This document shows positions 51,301 to 64,000 of a DNA stretch of 64,000 nt, piece by piece. The stretch is from Balanoglossus misakiensis (lineage: Eukaryota > Animalia > Hemichordata): positions 9,083,337 through 9,147,336 of the forward strand of contig CM082586.2 in the NCBI GenBank assembly GCA_040954595.2. The letters are read 5' to 3'. Position 1 is the stretch's first letter, and each line of letters begins with the position of its first letter. The notes beneath the pieces were generated by a model. It was not told where the DNA came from. It made no database searches and saw only the letters and a program-made list of their open reading frames with translations. The position numbers and the translations under genes are program-made.

Positions 51301-54300
51301 ATTCTTTGCATCAGGGTAAATGGCGTAGCAAGCTTTATGATGCATCAGGGTAGATAGTGATGCAAACACTTCACTTTGACATGGGTATAAAATGCCTACA
51401 GGGGGATTTAAAGTTGTCTGTAAATCCCTGGGTTAATACGTGTCCAAAAGCACTGTACTTTGACATTGCTAATGCAACGATGACATTGAATCTGATTCTT
51501 TGCATCAGGGTAAATGGCGAAGCAAGGTTGATGATGCATCAGGGTAGATAGTGATGCAAGCTCTGCACTTTGACATGGGTATAAAATGCCTACAGGGGGA
51601 TTTAAAGTTGTCTGTAAATCCCTGGGTTAATACGTGGCGGAAAGCACTGTACTTTGACATTGCATATGCAATGGTGACATTGAATGGGATTCTTTGCATT
51701 AGGGCAAATGGCGAAGCAAGCTCAATGATGCATCAGAGTAGATGGTGATGCAAACTCTGCACTTTCACATGGGTATTTAATGTTAAATGTAAAACGATAG
51801 GTTAATACGTGGCCAAAAGCACTCTAATTTGACATTGCTAATGCAACGATGACATTGAATCTGATTCTTTGCATCAGGGCAAATGGCGAAGCAAGGTTGA
51901 TGATGCATCAGGGTAGATAGTGATGCAATCACTTCACTTTGACATTGGTATTAAATGCATATGGGGATTTCAAATTGATGATAAATCCCTGGGTTAATAC
52001 GTGTCCAAAAGCCCTGTACTTTGACATTGCTAATGCAACGATGACATTGAATCTGATTCTTTGCATCAGGGTAAATGGCGTAGCAAGCTTTATGATGCAT
52101 CAGGGTAGATAGTGATGCAAACACTTCACTTTGACATGGGTATTAAATGCATATGGGGATTTCAGGTTGTTGAAAAATCTGTGGGTTAATATGTGTCCAA
52201 AAGCACTGTACTTTGACATTGCTAATGCAACGATGACATTGAATCTGATTCTTTGCATCAGGGTAAATGGCGTAGCAAGCTTTATGACGCATCAGGGTAG
52301 ATAGTGATGCAAACACTTCACTTTGACATGGGTATTAAATGCATATGGGGATTTCAGGTTGTTGAAAAATCTGTGGGTTAATACGTGTCCAAAAGCACTG
52401 TACTTTGACATTGCTAATGCAATGATGACATTGAATCTGATTCTTTGCATCAGGGTAAATGGCGTAGCAAGCTTTATGACGCATCAGGGTAGATAGTGAT
52501 GCAAACACTTCACTTTGACATGGGTATAAAATGCCTACAGGGGGATTTAAAGTTGTCTGTAAATCCCTGGGTTAATACATGTCCAAAAACACTGTACTTT
52601 GACATTGCTAATGCAGCGATGACATTGAATCTGATTCTTTGCATCAGGGTAAATGGCAAAGCAAGGTTGATGATGCATCAGGGTAGATAGTGATGCAAGC
52701 TCTGCACTTTGACATGGGTATAAAATGCCTACAGGGGGATTTAAAGTTGTCTGTAAATCCCTGGGTTAATACGTGGCTGAAAGCACTGTACTTTGACATT
52801 GCATATGCAATGGTGACATTGAATGGGATTCTTTGCATTAGGGCAAATGGCGAAGCAAGCTCAATGATGCATCAGAGTAGATGGTGATGCAAACTCTGCA
52901 CTTTCACATGGGTATTTAATGTTAAATGTAAATCCATAGGTTAATACGTGGCCAAAAGCACTCTAATTTGACATTGCTAATGCAACGATGACATTGAATC
53001 TGATTCTTTGCATCTGGGCAAATGGCGAAGCAAGGTTGATATTGCATCAGGGTAGATAGTGATGCAATCACTTCACTTTGACATGGGTATTAAATGCATA
53101 TGGGGATTTCAAGTTGATGATAAATCCCTGGGTTAATACGTGTCCAAAAGAACTGTACTTTGACATTGCTAATGTAACGATGACATTGAATCTGATTCTT
53201 TGCATCAGGGTAAATGGCGTAGCAAGCTTTATGATGCATCAGGGTAGATAGTGATGCAAACACTTCACTTTGACATGGGTATTAAATGCATATGGGGATT
53301 TCAGGTTGTTGAAAAATCTGTGGGTTAATACGTGTCGAAAAGCACTGTACTTTGACATTGCTAATGCAATGATGACATTGAATCTGATTCTTTACATCAG
53401 GGTAAATGGCGTAGCAAGCTTTATGATGCATCAGGGTAGATAGTGATGCAAACACTTCACTTTGACATGGGTGTAAAATGCCTACAGGGGGATTTAAAGT
53501 TGTCTGTAAATCCCTGGGTTAATACGTGTCCAAAAGCACTGTACTTTGACATTGCTAATGCAACGATGACATTGAATCTGATTCTTTGCATCAGGGTAAA
53601 TGGCGAAGCAAGGTTGATGATGCATCAGGGTAGATAGTGATGCAAGCTCTGCACTTTGACATGGGTATAAAATGCCTACTGGGGGATTTAAAGTTGTCTG
53701 TAAATCCCTGGGTTAATACGTGGCGGAAAGCACTGTACTTTGACATTGCATATGCAATGGTGACATTGAATGGGATTCTTTGCATTAGGGCAAATGGCGA
53801 AGCAAGCTCAATGATGCATCAGAGTAGATGGTGATGCAAACTCTGCACTTTCACATGGGTATTTAATGTTAAATGTAAATCCATAGGTTAATACGTGGCC
53901 AAAAGCACTCTAATTTGACATTGCTAATGCAACGATGACATTGAATCTGATTCTTTGCATCAGGGCAAATGGCGAAGCAAGGTTGATGATGCATCAGGAT
54001 AGATAGTGATGCAATCACTTCACTTTGACATGGGTATTAAATGCATATGGGGATTTCAAGTTGATGATAAATCCCTGGGTTAATACGTGTCCAAAAGCAC
54101 TGTACTTTGACATTGCTAATGTAACGATGACATTGAATCTGATTCTTTGCATCAGGGTAAATGGCGTAGCAAGCTTTATGATGCATCAGGGTAGATAGTG
54201 ATGCAAACACTTCACTTTGACATGGGTATTAAATGCATATGGGGATTTCAGGTTGTTGAAAAATCTGTGGGTTAATACGTGTCGAAAAGCACTGTACTTT

Positions 54301-57300
54301 GACATTGCTAATGCAATGATGACATTGAATCTGATTCTTTGCATCAGGGTAAATGGCGTAGCAAGCTTTATGATGCATCAGGGTAGATAGTGATGCAAAC
54401 ACTTCACTTTGACATGGGTATAAAATGCCTACAGGGGGATTTAAAGTTGTCTGTAAATCCCTGGGTTAATACGTGTCCAAAAGCACTGTACTTTGACATT
54501 GCTAATGCAACGATGACATTGAATCTGATTCTTTGCATCAGGGTAAATGGCGAAGCAAGGTTGATGATGCATCAGGGTAGATAGTGATGCAAGCTCTGCA
54601 CTTTGACATGGGTATAAAATGCCTACAGGGGGATTTAAAGTTGTCTGTAAATCCCTGGGTTAATACGTGGCGGAAAGCACTGTACTTTGACATTGCATAT
54701 GCAATGGTGACATTGAATGGGATTCTTTGCATCAGGGCAAATGGCGAAGCAAGGTTGATGATGCATCAGGATAGATAGTGATGCAATCACTTCACTTTGA
54801 CATGGGTATTAAATGCATATGGGGATTTCAGGTTGTTGAAAAATCTGTGGGTTAATACGTGTCCAAAAGCACTGTACTTTGACATTGCTAATGCAATGAT
54901 GACATTGAATCTGATTCTTTGCATCAGGGTAAATGGTGTAGCAAGCTTTATGACGCATCAGGGTAGATAGTGATGCAATCACTTCACTTTGACATGGGTA
55001 TAAAATGCCTACAGGGAGATTTAAAGTTGTCTGTAAATCCCTGGGTTAATACGTGTCCAAAAACACTGTACTTTGACATTGCTAATGCAGCGATGACATT
55101 GAATCTGATTCTTTGCATCAGGGTAAATGGCGAAGCAAGGTTGATTATGCATCAGGGTAGATAGTGATGCAAACACTTCACTTTGACATGGGTATTAAAT
55201 GCATATGGGGATTTCAGGTTGTTGAAAAATCTGTGGGTTAATACGTGTCGAAAAGCACTGTACTTTGACATTGCTAATGCAATGATGACATTGAATCTGA
55301 TTCTTTGCATCAGGGTAAATGGCGTAGCAAGCTTTATGATGCATCAGGGTAGATAGTGATGCAAACACTTCACTTTGACATGGGTATAAAATGCCTACAG
55401 GGGGATTTAAAGTTGTCTGTAAATCCCTGGGTTAATACGTGTCCAAAAGCACTGTACTTTGACATTGCTAATGCAACGATGACATTGAATCTGATTCTTT
55501 GCATCAGGGTAAATGGCGAAGCAAGGTTGATGATGCATCAGGGTAGATAGTGATGCAAGCTCTGCACTTTGACATGGGTATAAAATGCCTACAGGGGGAT
55601 TTAAAGTTGTCTGTAAATCCCTGGGTTAATACGTGGCGGAAAGCACTGTACTTTGACATTGCATATGCAATGGTGACATTGAATGGGATTCTTTGCATCA
55701 GGGCAAATGGCGAAGCAAGGTTGATGATGCATCAGGATAGATAGTGATGCAATCACTTCACTTTGACATGGGTATTAAATGCATATGGGGATTTCAGGTT
55801 GTTGAAAAATCTGTGGGTTAATACGTGTCCAAAAGCACTGTACTTTGACATTGCTAATGCAATGATGACATTGAATCTGATTCTTTGCATCAGGGTAAAT
55901 GGTGTAGCAAGCTTTATGACGCATCAGGGTAGATAGTGATGCAATCACTTCACTTTGACATGGGTATAAAATGCCTACAGGGAGATTTAAAGTTGTCTGT
56001 AAATCCCTGGGTTAATACGTGTCCAAAAACACTGTACTTTGACATTGCTAATGCAGCGATGACATTGAATCTGATTCTTTGCATCAGGGTAAATGGCGAA
56101 GCAAGGTTGATTATGCATCAGGGTAGATAGTGATGCAAGCTCTGCACTTTGACATGGGTATAAATTGCCTACAGGGGGATTTAAAGTTGTCTGTAAATCC
56201 CTGGGTTAATACGTGGCGGAAAGCACTGTACTTTGACATTGCATATGCAATGGTGACATTGAATGGGATTCTTTGCATTAGGGCAAATGGCGAAGCAAGC
56301 TCAATGATGCATCAGAGTAGATGGTGATGCAAACTCTGCACTTTCACATGGGTATTTAATGTTAAATGTAAATCCATAGGTTAATACGTGGCCAAAAGCA
56401 CTCTAATTTGACATTGCTAATGCAACGATGACATTGAATCTGATTCTTTGCATCTGGGCAAATGGCGAAGCAAGGTTGATGATGCATCAGGGTAGATAGT
56501 GATGCAATCACTTCACTTTGACATGGGTATTAAATGCATATGGGGATTTCAAGTTGATGATAAATCCCTGGGTTAATACGTGTCCAAAAGCACTGTACTT
56601 TGACATTGCTAATGCAATGATGACATTGAATCTGATTCTTTGCATCAGGGTAAATGGCGTAGCAAGCTTTATGATGCATCAGGGTAGATAGTGATGCAAA
56701 CACTTCACTTTGACATGGGTATAAAATGCCTACAGGGGGATTTAAAGTTGTCTGTAAATCCCTGGGTTAATACGTGTCCAAAAGCACTGTACTTTGACAT
56801 TGCTAATGCAACGATGACATTGAATCTGATTCTTTGCATCAGGGTAAATGGCGAAGCAAGGTTGATTATGCATCAGGGTAGATAGTGATGCAAGCTCTAC
56901 ACTTTGACATGGGTATAAAATGCCTTCAGGGGGATTTAAAGTTGTCTGTAAATCCCTGGGTTAATACGTGGCGGAAAGCACTGTACTTTGACATTGCATA
57001 TGCAATGGTGACATTGAATGGGATTCTTTGCATTAGGGCAAATGGCGAAGCAAGCTCAATGATGCATCAGAGTAGATGGTGATGCAAACTCTGCACTTTC
57101 ACATGGGTATTTAATGTTAAATGTAAATCCATAGGTTAATACGTGGCCAAAAGCACTCTAATTTGACATTGCTAATGCAACGATGACATTGAATCTGATT
57201 CTTTGCATCAGGGCAAATGGCGAAGCAAGGTTGATGATGCATCAGGATAGATAGTGATGCAATCACTTCACTTTGACATGGGTATTAAATGCATATGGGG

Positions 57301-60300
57301 ATTTCAAGTTGATGATAAATCCCTGGGTTAATACGTGTCCAAAAGCACTGTACTTTGACATTGCTAATGTAACGATGACATTGAATCTGATTCTTTGCAT
57401 CAGGGTAAATGGCGTAGCAAGCTTTATGATGCATCAGGGTAGATAGTGATGCAAACACTTCACTTTGACATGGGTATTAAATGCATATGGGGATTTCAGG
57501 TTGTTGAAAAATCTGTGGGTTAATACGTGTCGAAAAGCACTGTACTTTGACATTGCTAATGCAATGATGACATTGAATCTGATTCTTTGCATCAGGGTAA
57601 ATGGCGTAGCAAGCTTTATGATGCATCAGGGTAGATAGTGATGCAAACACTTCACTTTGACATGGGTATAAAATGCCTACAGGGGGATTTAAAGTTGTCT
57701 GTAAATCCCTGGGTTAATACGTGTCCAAAAGCACTGTACTTTGACATTGCTAATGCAACGATGACATTGAATCTGATTCTTTGCATCAGGGTAAATGGCG
57801 AAGCAAGGTTGATGATGCATCAGGGTAGATAGTGATGCAAGCTCTGCACTTTGACATGGGTATAAAATGCCTACAGGGGGATTTAAAGTTGTCTGTAAAT
57901 CCCTGGGTTAATACGTGGCGGAAAGCACTGTACTTTGACATTGCATATGCAATGGTGACATTGAATGGGATTCTTTGCATCAGGGCAAATGGCGAAGCAA
58001 GGTTGATGATGCATCAGGATAGATAGTGATGCAATCACTTCACTTTGACATGGGTATTAAATGCATATGGGGATTTCAGGTTGTTGAAAAATCTGTGGGT
58101 TAATACGTGTCCAAAAGCACTGTACTTTGACATTGCTAATGCAACGATGACATTGAATCTGATTCTTTGCATCAGGGTAAATGGCGTAGCAAGCTTTATG
58201 ACGCATCAGGGTAGATAGTGATGCAAACACTTAACTTTGACATGGGTATTAAATGCATATGGGGATTTCAAGTTGATGATAAATCCCTGGGTTAATACGT
58301 GTCCAAAAGCACTGTACTTTGACATTGCTAATGCAATGATGACATTGAATCTGATTCTTTGCATCAGGGTAAATGGCGTAGCAAGCTTTATGATGCATCA
58401 GGGTAGATAGTGATGCAAACACTTCACTTTGACATGGGTATAAAATGCCTACAGGGGGATTTAAAGTTGTCTGTAAATCCCTGGGTTAATACGTGTCCAA
58501 AAGCACTGTACTTTGACATTGCTAATGCAACGATGACATTGAATCTGATTCTTTGCATCAGGGTAAATGGCGAAGCAAGGTTGATTATGCATCAGGGTAG
58601 ATAGTGATGCAAGCTCTGCACTTTGACATGGGTATAAAATGCCTTCAGGGGGATTTAAAGTTGTCTGTAAATCCCTGGGTTAATACGTGGCGGAAAGCAC
58701 TGTACTTTGACATTGCATATGCAATGGTGACATTGAATGGGATTCTTTGCATTAGGGCAAATGGCGAAGCAAGCTCAATGATGCATCAGAGTAGATGGTG
58801 ATGCAAACTCTGCACTTTCACATGGGTATTTAATGTTAAATGTAAATCCATAGGTTAATACGTGGCCAAAAGCACTCTAATTTGACATTGCTAATGCAAC
58901 GATGACATTGAATCTGATTCTTTGCATCTGGGCAAATGGCGAAGCAAGGTTGATGATGCATCAGGGTAGATAGTGATGCAATCACTTCACTTTGACATTG
59001 GTATTAAATGCATATGGGGATTTCAAGTTGATGATAAATCCCTGGGTTAATACGTGTCCAAAAGCACTGTACTTTGACATTGCTAATGTAACGATGACAT
59101 TGAATCTGATTCTTTGCATCAGGGCAAATGGCGAAGCAAGGTTGATGATGCATCAGGATAGATAGTGATGCAATCACTTCACTTTGACATGGGTATTAAA
59201 TGCATATTGGGATTTCAGGTTGTTGAAAAATCTGTGGGTTAATACGTGTCCAAAAGCACTGTACTTTGACATTGCTAATGCAATGATGACATTGAATCTG
59301 ATTCTTTGCATCAGGGTAAATGGCGTAGCAAGCTTTATGACGCATCAGGGTAGATAGTGATGCAAACACTTCACTTTGACATGGGTATAAAATGCCTACA
59401 GGGGGATTTAAAGTTGTCTGTAAATCCCTGGGTTAATACGTGTCCAAAAACACTGTACTTTGACATTGCTAATGCAGCGATGACATTGAATCTGATTCTT
59501 TGCATCAGGGTAAATGGCGAAGCAAGGTTGATTATGCATCAGGGTAGATAGTGATGCAAGCTCTGCACTTTGACATGGGTATAAAATGCCTACAGGGGGA
59601 TTTAAAGTTGTCTGTAAATCCCTGGGTTAATACGTGGCGGAAAGCACTGTACTTTGACATTGCATATGCAATGGTGACATTGAATGGGATTCTTTGCATT
59701 AGGGCAAATGGCGAAGCAAGCTCAATGATGCATCAGAGTAGATGGTGATGCAAACTCTGCACTTTCACATGGGTATTTAATGTTAAATGAAAATCCATAG
59801 GTTAATACGTGGCCAAAAGCACTCTAATTTGACATTGCTAATGCAACGATGACATTGAATCTGATTCTTTGCATCTGGGCAAATGGCGAAGCAAGGTTGA
59901 TGATGCATCAGGGTAGATAGTGATGCAATCACTTCACTTTGACATGGGTATTAAATGCATATGGGGATTTCAAGTTGATGATAAATCCCTGGGTTAATAC
60001 GTGTCCAAAAGCACTGTACTTTGACATTGCTAATGTAACGATGACATTGAATCTGATTCTTTGCATCAGGGTAAATGGCGTAGCAAGCTTTATGATGCAT
60101 CAGGGTAGATAGTGATGCAAACACTTCACTTTGACATGGGTATTAAATGCATATGGGGATTTCAGGTTGTTGAAAAATCTGTGGGTTAATACGTGTCGAA
60201 AAGCACTGTACTTTGACATTGCTAATGCAATGATGACATTGAATCTGATTCTTTGCATCAGGGTAAATGGCGTAGCAAGCTTTATGATGCATCAGGGTAG

Positions 60301-63300
60301 ATAGTGATGCAAACACTTCACTTTGACATGGGTATAAAATGCCTACAGGGGGATTTAAAGTGGTCTGTAAATCCCTGGGTTAATAAGTGTCCAAAAACAC
60401 TGTACTTTGACATTGCTAATGCAGCGATGACATTGAATCTGATTCTTTGCATCAGGGTAAATGGCGAAGCAAGGTTGATTATGCATCAGGGTAGATAGTG
60501 ATGCAAGCTCTGCACTTTGACATGGGTATAAAATGCCTACAGGGGGATTTAAAGTTGTCTGTAAATCCCTGGGTTAATATGTGGCGGAAAGCACTGTACT
60601 TTGACATTGCATATGCAATGGTGACATTGAATGGGATTCTTTGCATTAGGGCAAATGGCGAAGCAAGCTCAATGATGCATCAGAGTAGATGGTGATGCAA
60701 ACTCTGCACTTTCATATGGGTATTTAATGTTAAATGTAAATCCATAGGTTAATACGTGGCCAAAAGCACTCTAATTTGACATTGCTAATGCAACGATGAC
60801 ATTGAATCTGATTCTTTGCATCTGGGCAAATGGCGAAGCAAGGTTGATGATGCATCAGGGTAGATAGTGATGCAATCACTTCACTTTGACATGGGTATTA
60901 AATGCATATGGGGATTTCAAGTTGATGATAAATCCCTGGGTTAATACGTGTCCAAAAGCACTGTACTTTGACATTGCTAATGTAACGATGACATTGAATC
61001 TGATTCTTTGCATCAGGGTAAATGGCGTAGCAAGCTTTATGATGCATCAGGGTAGATAGTGATGCAAACACTTCACTTTGACATGGGTATTAAATGCATA
61101 TGGGGATTTCAGGTTGTTGAAAAATCTGCGGGTTAATACGTGTCGAAAAGCACTGTACTTTGACATTGCTAATGCAATGATGACATTGAATATGATTCTT
61201 TGCATCAGGGTAAATGGCGTAGCAAGCTTTATGATGCATCAGGGTAGATAGTGATGCAAACACTTCACTTTGACATGGGTATAAGTTGCCTACAGGGGGA
61301 TTTAAAGTTGTCTGTAAATTCCTGGGTTAATACGTGTCCAAAAGCACTGTACTTTGACATTGCTAATGCAACGATGACATTGAATCTGATTCTTTGCATC
61401 AGGGTAAATGGCGAAGCAAGGTTGATTATGCATCAGGGTAGATAGTGATGCAAGCTCTGCACTTTGACATGGGTATAAAATGCCTACAGGGGGATTTAAG
61501 GTTGTCTGTAAATCCCTGGGTTAATACGTGGCGGAAAGCACTGTACTTTGACATTGCATATGCAATGGTGACATTGAATGCGATTCTTTGCATTAGGGCA
61601 AATGGCGAAGCAAGCTCAATGATGCATCAGAGTAGATGGTGATGCAAACTCTGCACTTTCACATGGGTATTTAATGTTAAATGTAAATCCATAGGTTAAT
61701 ACGTGGCCAAAAGCACTCTAATTTGACATTGCTAATGCAACGATGACATTGAATCTGATTCTTTGCATCTGGGCAAATGGCGAAGCAAGGTTGATGATGC
61801 ATCAGGGTAGATAGTGATGCAAACACTTCACTTTGACATGGGTATAAAATGCCTACAGGGGGATTTAAAGTGGTCTGTAAATCCCTGGGTTAATAAGTGT
61901 CCAAAAACACTGTACTTTGACATTGCTAATGCAGCGATGACATTGAATCTGATTCTTTGCATCAGGGCAAATGGCGAAGCAAGGTTGATGATGCATCAGG
62001 ATAGATAGTGATGCAATCACTTCACTTTGACATGGGTATTAAATGCATATTGGGATTTCAGGTTGTTGAAAAATCTGTGGGTTAATACGTGTCCAAAAGC
62101 ACTGTACTTTGACATTGCTAATGCAATGATGACATTGAATCTGATTCTTTGCATCATGGTAAATGGCGTAGCAAGCTTTATGACGCATCAGGGTAGATAG
62201 TGATGCAAACACTTCACTTTGACATGGGTATAAAATGCCTACAGGGGGATTTAAAGTTGTCTGTAAATCCCTGGGTTAATACGTGTCCAAAAACACTGTA
62301 CTTTGACATTGCTAATGCAGCGATGACATTGAATCTGATTCTTTGCATCAGGGTAAATGGCGAAGCAAGGTTGATTATGCATCAGGGTAGATAGTGATGC
62401 AAGCTCTGCACTTTGACATGGGTATAAAATGCCTACAGGGGGATTTAAAGTTGTCTGTAAATCCCTGGGTTAATACGTGGCGGAAAGCACTGTACTTTGA
62501 CATTGCATATGCAATGGTGACATTGAATGGGATTCTTTGCATTAGGGCAAATGGCGAAGCAAGCTCAATGATGCATCAGAGTAGATGGTGATGCAAACTC
62601 TGCACTTTCACATGGGTATTTAATGTTAAATGAAAATCCATAGGTTAATACGTGGCCAAAAGCACTCTAATTTGACATTGCTAATGCAACGATGACATTG
62701 AATCTGATTCTTTGCATCTGGGCAAATGGCGAAGCAAGGTTGATGATGCATCAGGGTAGATAGTGATGCAATCACTTCACTTTGACATGGGTATTAAATG
62801 CATATGGGGATTTCAAGTTGATGATAAATCCCTGGGTTAATACGTGTCCAAAAGCACTGTACTTTGACATTGCTAATGTAACGATGACATTGAATCTGAT
62901 TCTTTGCATCAGGGTAAATGGCGTAGCAAGCTTTATGATGCATCAGGGTAGATAGTGATGCAAACACTTCACTTTGACATGGGTATTAAATGCATATGGG
63001 GATTTCAGGTTGTTGAAAAATCTGTGGGTTAATACGTGTCGAAAAGCACTGTACTTTGACATTGCTAATGCAATGATGACATTGAATCTGATTCCTTGCA
63101 TCAGGGTAAATGGCGTAGCAAGCTTTATGATGCATCAGGGTAGATAGTGATGCAAACACTTCACTTTGACATGGGTATAAAATGCCTACAGGGGGATTTA
63201 AAGTGGTCTGTAAATCCCTGGGTTAATAAGTGTCCAAAAACACTGTACTTTGACATTGCTAATGCAGCGATGACATTGAATCTGATTCTTTGCATCAGGG

Positions 63301-64000
63301 TAAATGGCGAAGCAAGGTTGATTATGCATCAGGGTAGATAGTGATGCAAGCTCTGCACTTTGACATGGGTATAAAATGCCTACAGGGGGATTTAAAGTTG
63401 TCTGTAAATCCCTGGGTTAATATGTGGCGGAAAGCACTGTACTTTGACATTGCATATGCAATGGTGACATTGAATGGGATTCTTTGCATTAGGGCAAATG
63501 GCGAAGCAAGCTCAATGATGCATCAGAGTAGATGGTGATGCAAACTCTGCACTTTCACATGGGTATTTAATGTTAAATGTAAATCCATAGGTTAATACGT
63601 GGCCAAAAGCACTCTAATTTGACATTGCTAATGCAACGATGACATTGAATCTGATTCTTTGCATCTGGGCAAATGGCGAAGCAAGGTTGATGATGCATCA
63701 GGGTAGATAGTGATGCAATCACTTCACTTTGACATGGGTATTAAATGCATATGGGGATTTCAAGTTGATGATAAATCCCTGGGTTAATACGTGTCCAAAA
63801 GCACTGTACTTTGACATTGCTAATGTAACGATGACATTGAATCTGATTCTTTGCATCAGGGTAAATGGCGTAGCAAGCTTTATGATGCATCAGGGTAGAT
63901 AGTGATGCAAACACTTCACTTTGACATGGGTATTAAATGCATATGGGGATTTCAGGTTGTTGAAAAATCTGTGGGTTAATACGTGTCGAAAAGCACTGTA
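36301..64000 (+). repeat. Satellite DNA array: 175/192/194-bp monomers with a 947-bp pentameric higher-order repeat
   Basis: Monomer starts (GTGATGCAA) at 45518, 45712, 45906, 46081, 46273 and 46465 give 194+194+175+192+192=947. The 947 spacing recurs (44571-45518-46465; 52496-53443-54390; 58410-59357-60304-61251). About 130 monomers in the window; the array continues past the window end. Confidence 0.98.
47671..50472. mobile_element. 2802-bp non-autonomous TIR DNA transposon inserted in a satellite monomer
   Basis: TIR CAGTCCCAACA ... TGTTGGGACTG. TA duplicated (47669-47670, 50473-50474), splitting the monomer motif GGTTAA-TA-CGTGGCC. Subterminal TACGG(C/G)AA and TTGTAGCAG repeats at both ends. 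Internal ~95-bp direct repeat (~49144-49250, ~49282-49373). No intact transposase ORF. Confidence 0.92.

Noticed and set aside
36976-63538. Dozens of near-identical 64-65 aa ORFs (MMQ(T/A)LHFDMG..., MQRIPFNV...) as a tandem gene family
   Set aside because: They are translations of satellite monomers with GTG starts. Monomer lengths of 194 and 175 bp break frame, and sister monomer types contain stops.
36301-64000. CRISPR-like repeat-spacer array or CENP-B box
   Set aside because: Variable segments fall into five recurring types rather than unique spacers, there are no cas genes, and the context is eukaryotic. No NTTCGNNNNANNCGGGN motif was seen.

Overview
AT-rich, repeat-dominated eukaryotic DNA, apparently from an invertebrate animal (inferred from spliceosomal exon signals and the transposon repertoire). 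No intact multi-domain gene, rRNA, true tRNA, operon or CRISPR array is visible. 1-10 kb: old, partly decayed sequence with a Gln/Pro-rich spliced + strand gene remnant (exons ~2142-2192?, 5412-5630, 6777-7061), a possible heavily decayed DUF6589-like frame on the - strand, and several MITEs. 10.6-33.7 kb: a pile-up of non-autonomous Helentron/HINE-type elements. It includes a nested pair (12.06-14.50 kb), a ~13 kb head-to-tail concatemer of truncated units interleaved with three copies of a 1.33 kb exon-containing segment, and another copy at 32.35-33.73 kb. Later insertions here are an RTEX-like LINE 3' end, a Crypton-like double-hairpin element, hAT-like elements with 5-bp and 6-bp TSDs, and an L2/CR1-type 3' fragment. 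33.8-36.3 kb: a 54-55 bp minisatellite with three AG-9nt-GT microexon-like motifs, low-complexity DNA, and a compressed tRNA-type A-box/B-box that abuts the satellite. 36.3-64 kb (runs off the window): a satellite of 175/192/194-bp monomers with a 947-bp five-monomer higher-order repeat and larger block duplications, interrupted once by a 2802-bp TIR element with a TA duplication. The many 64-65 aa ORFs there are satellite artefacts. Family assignments come from structural hallmarks and remembered motifs, not database searches.
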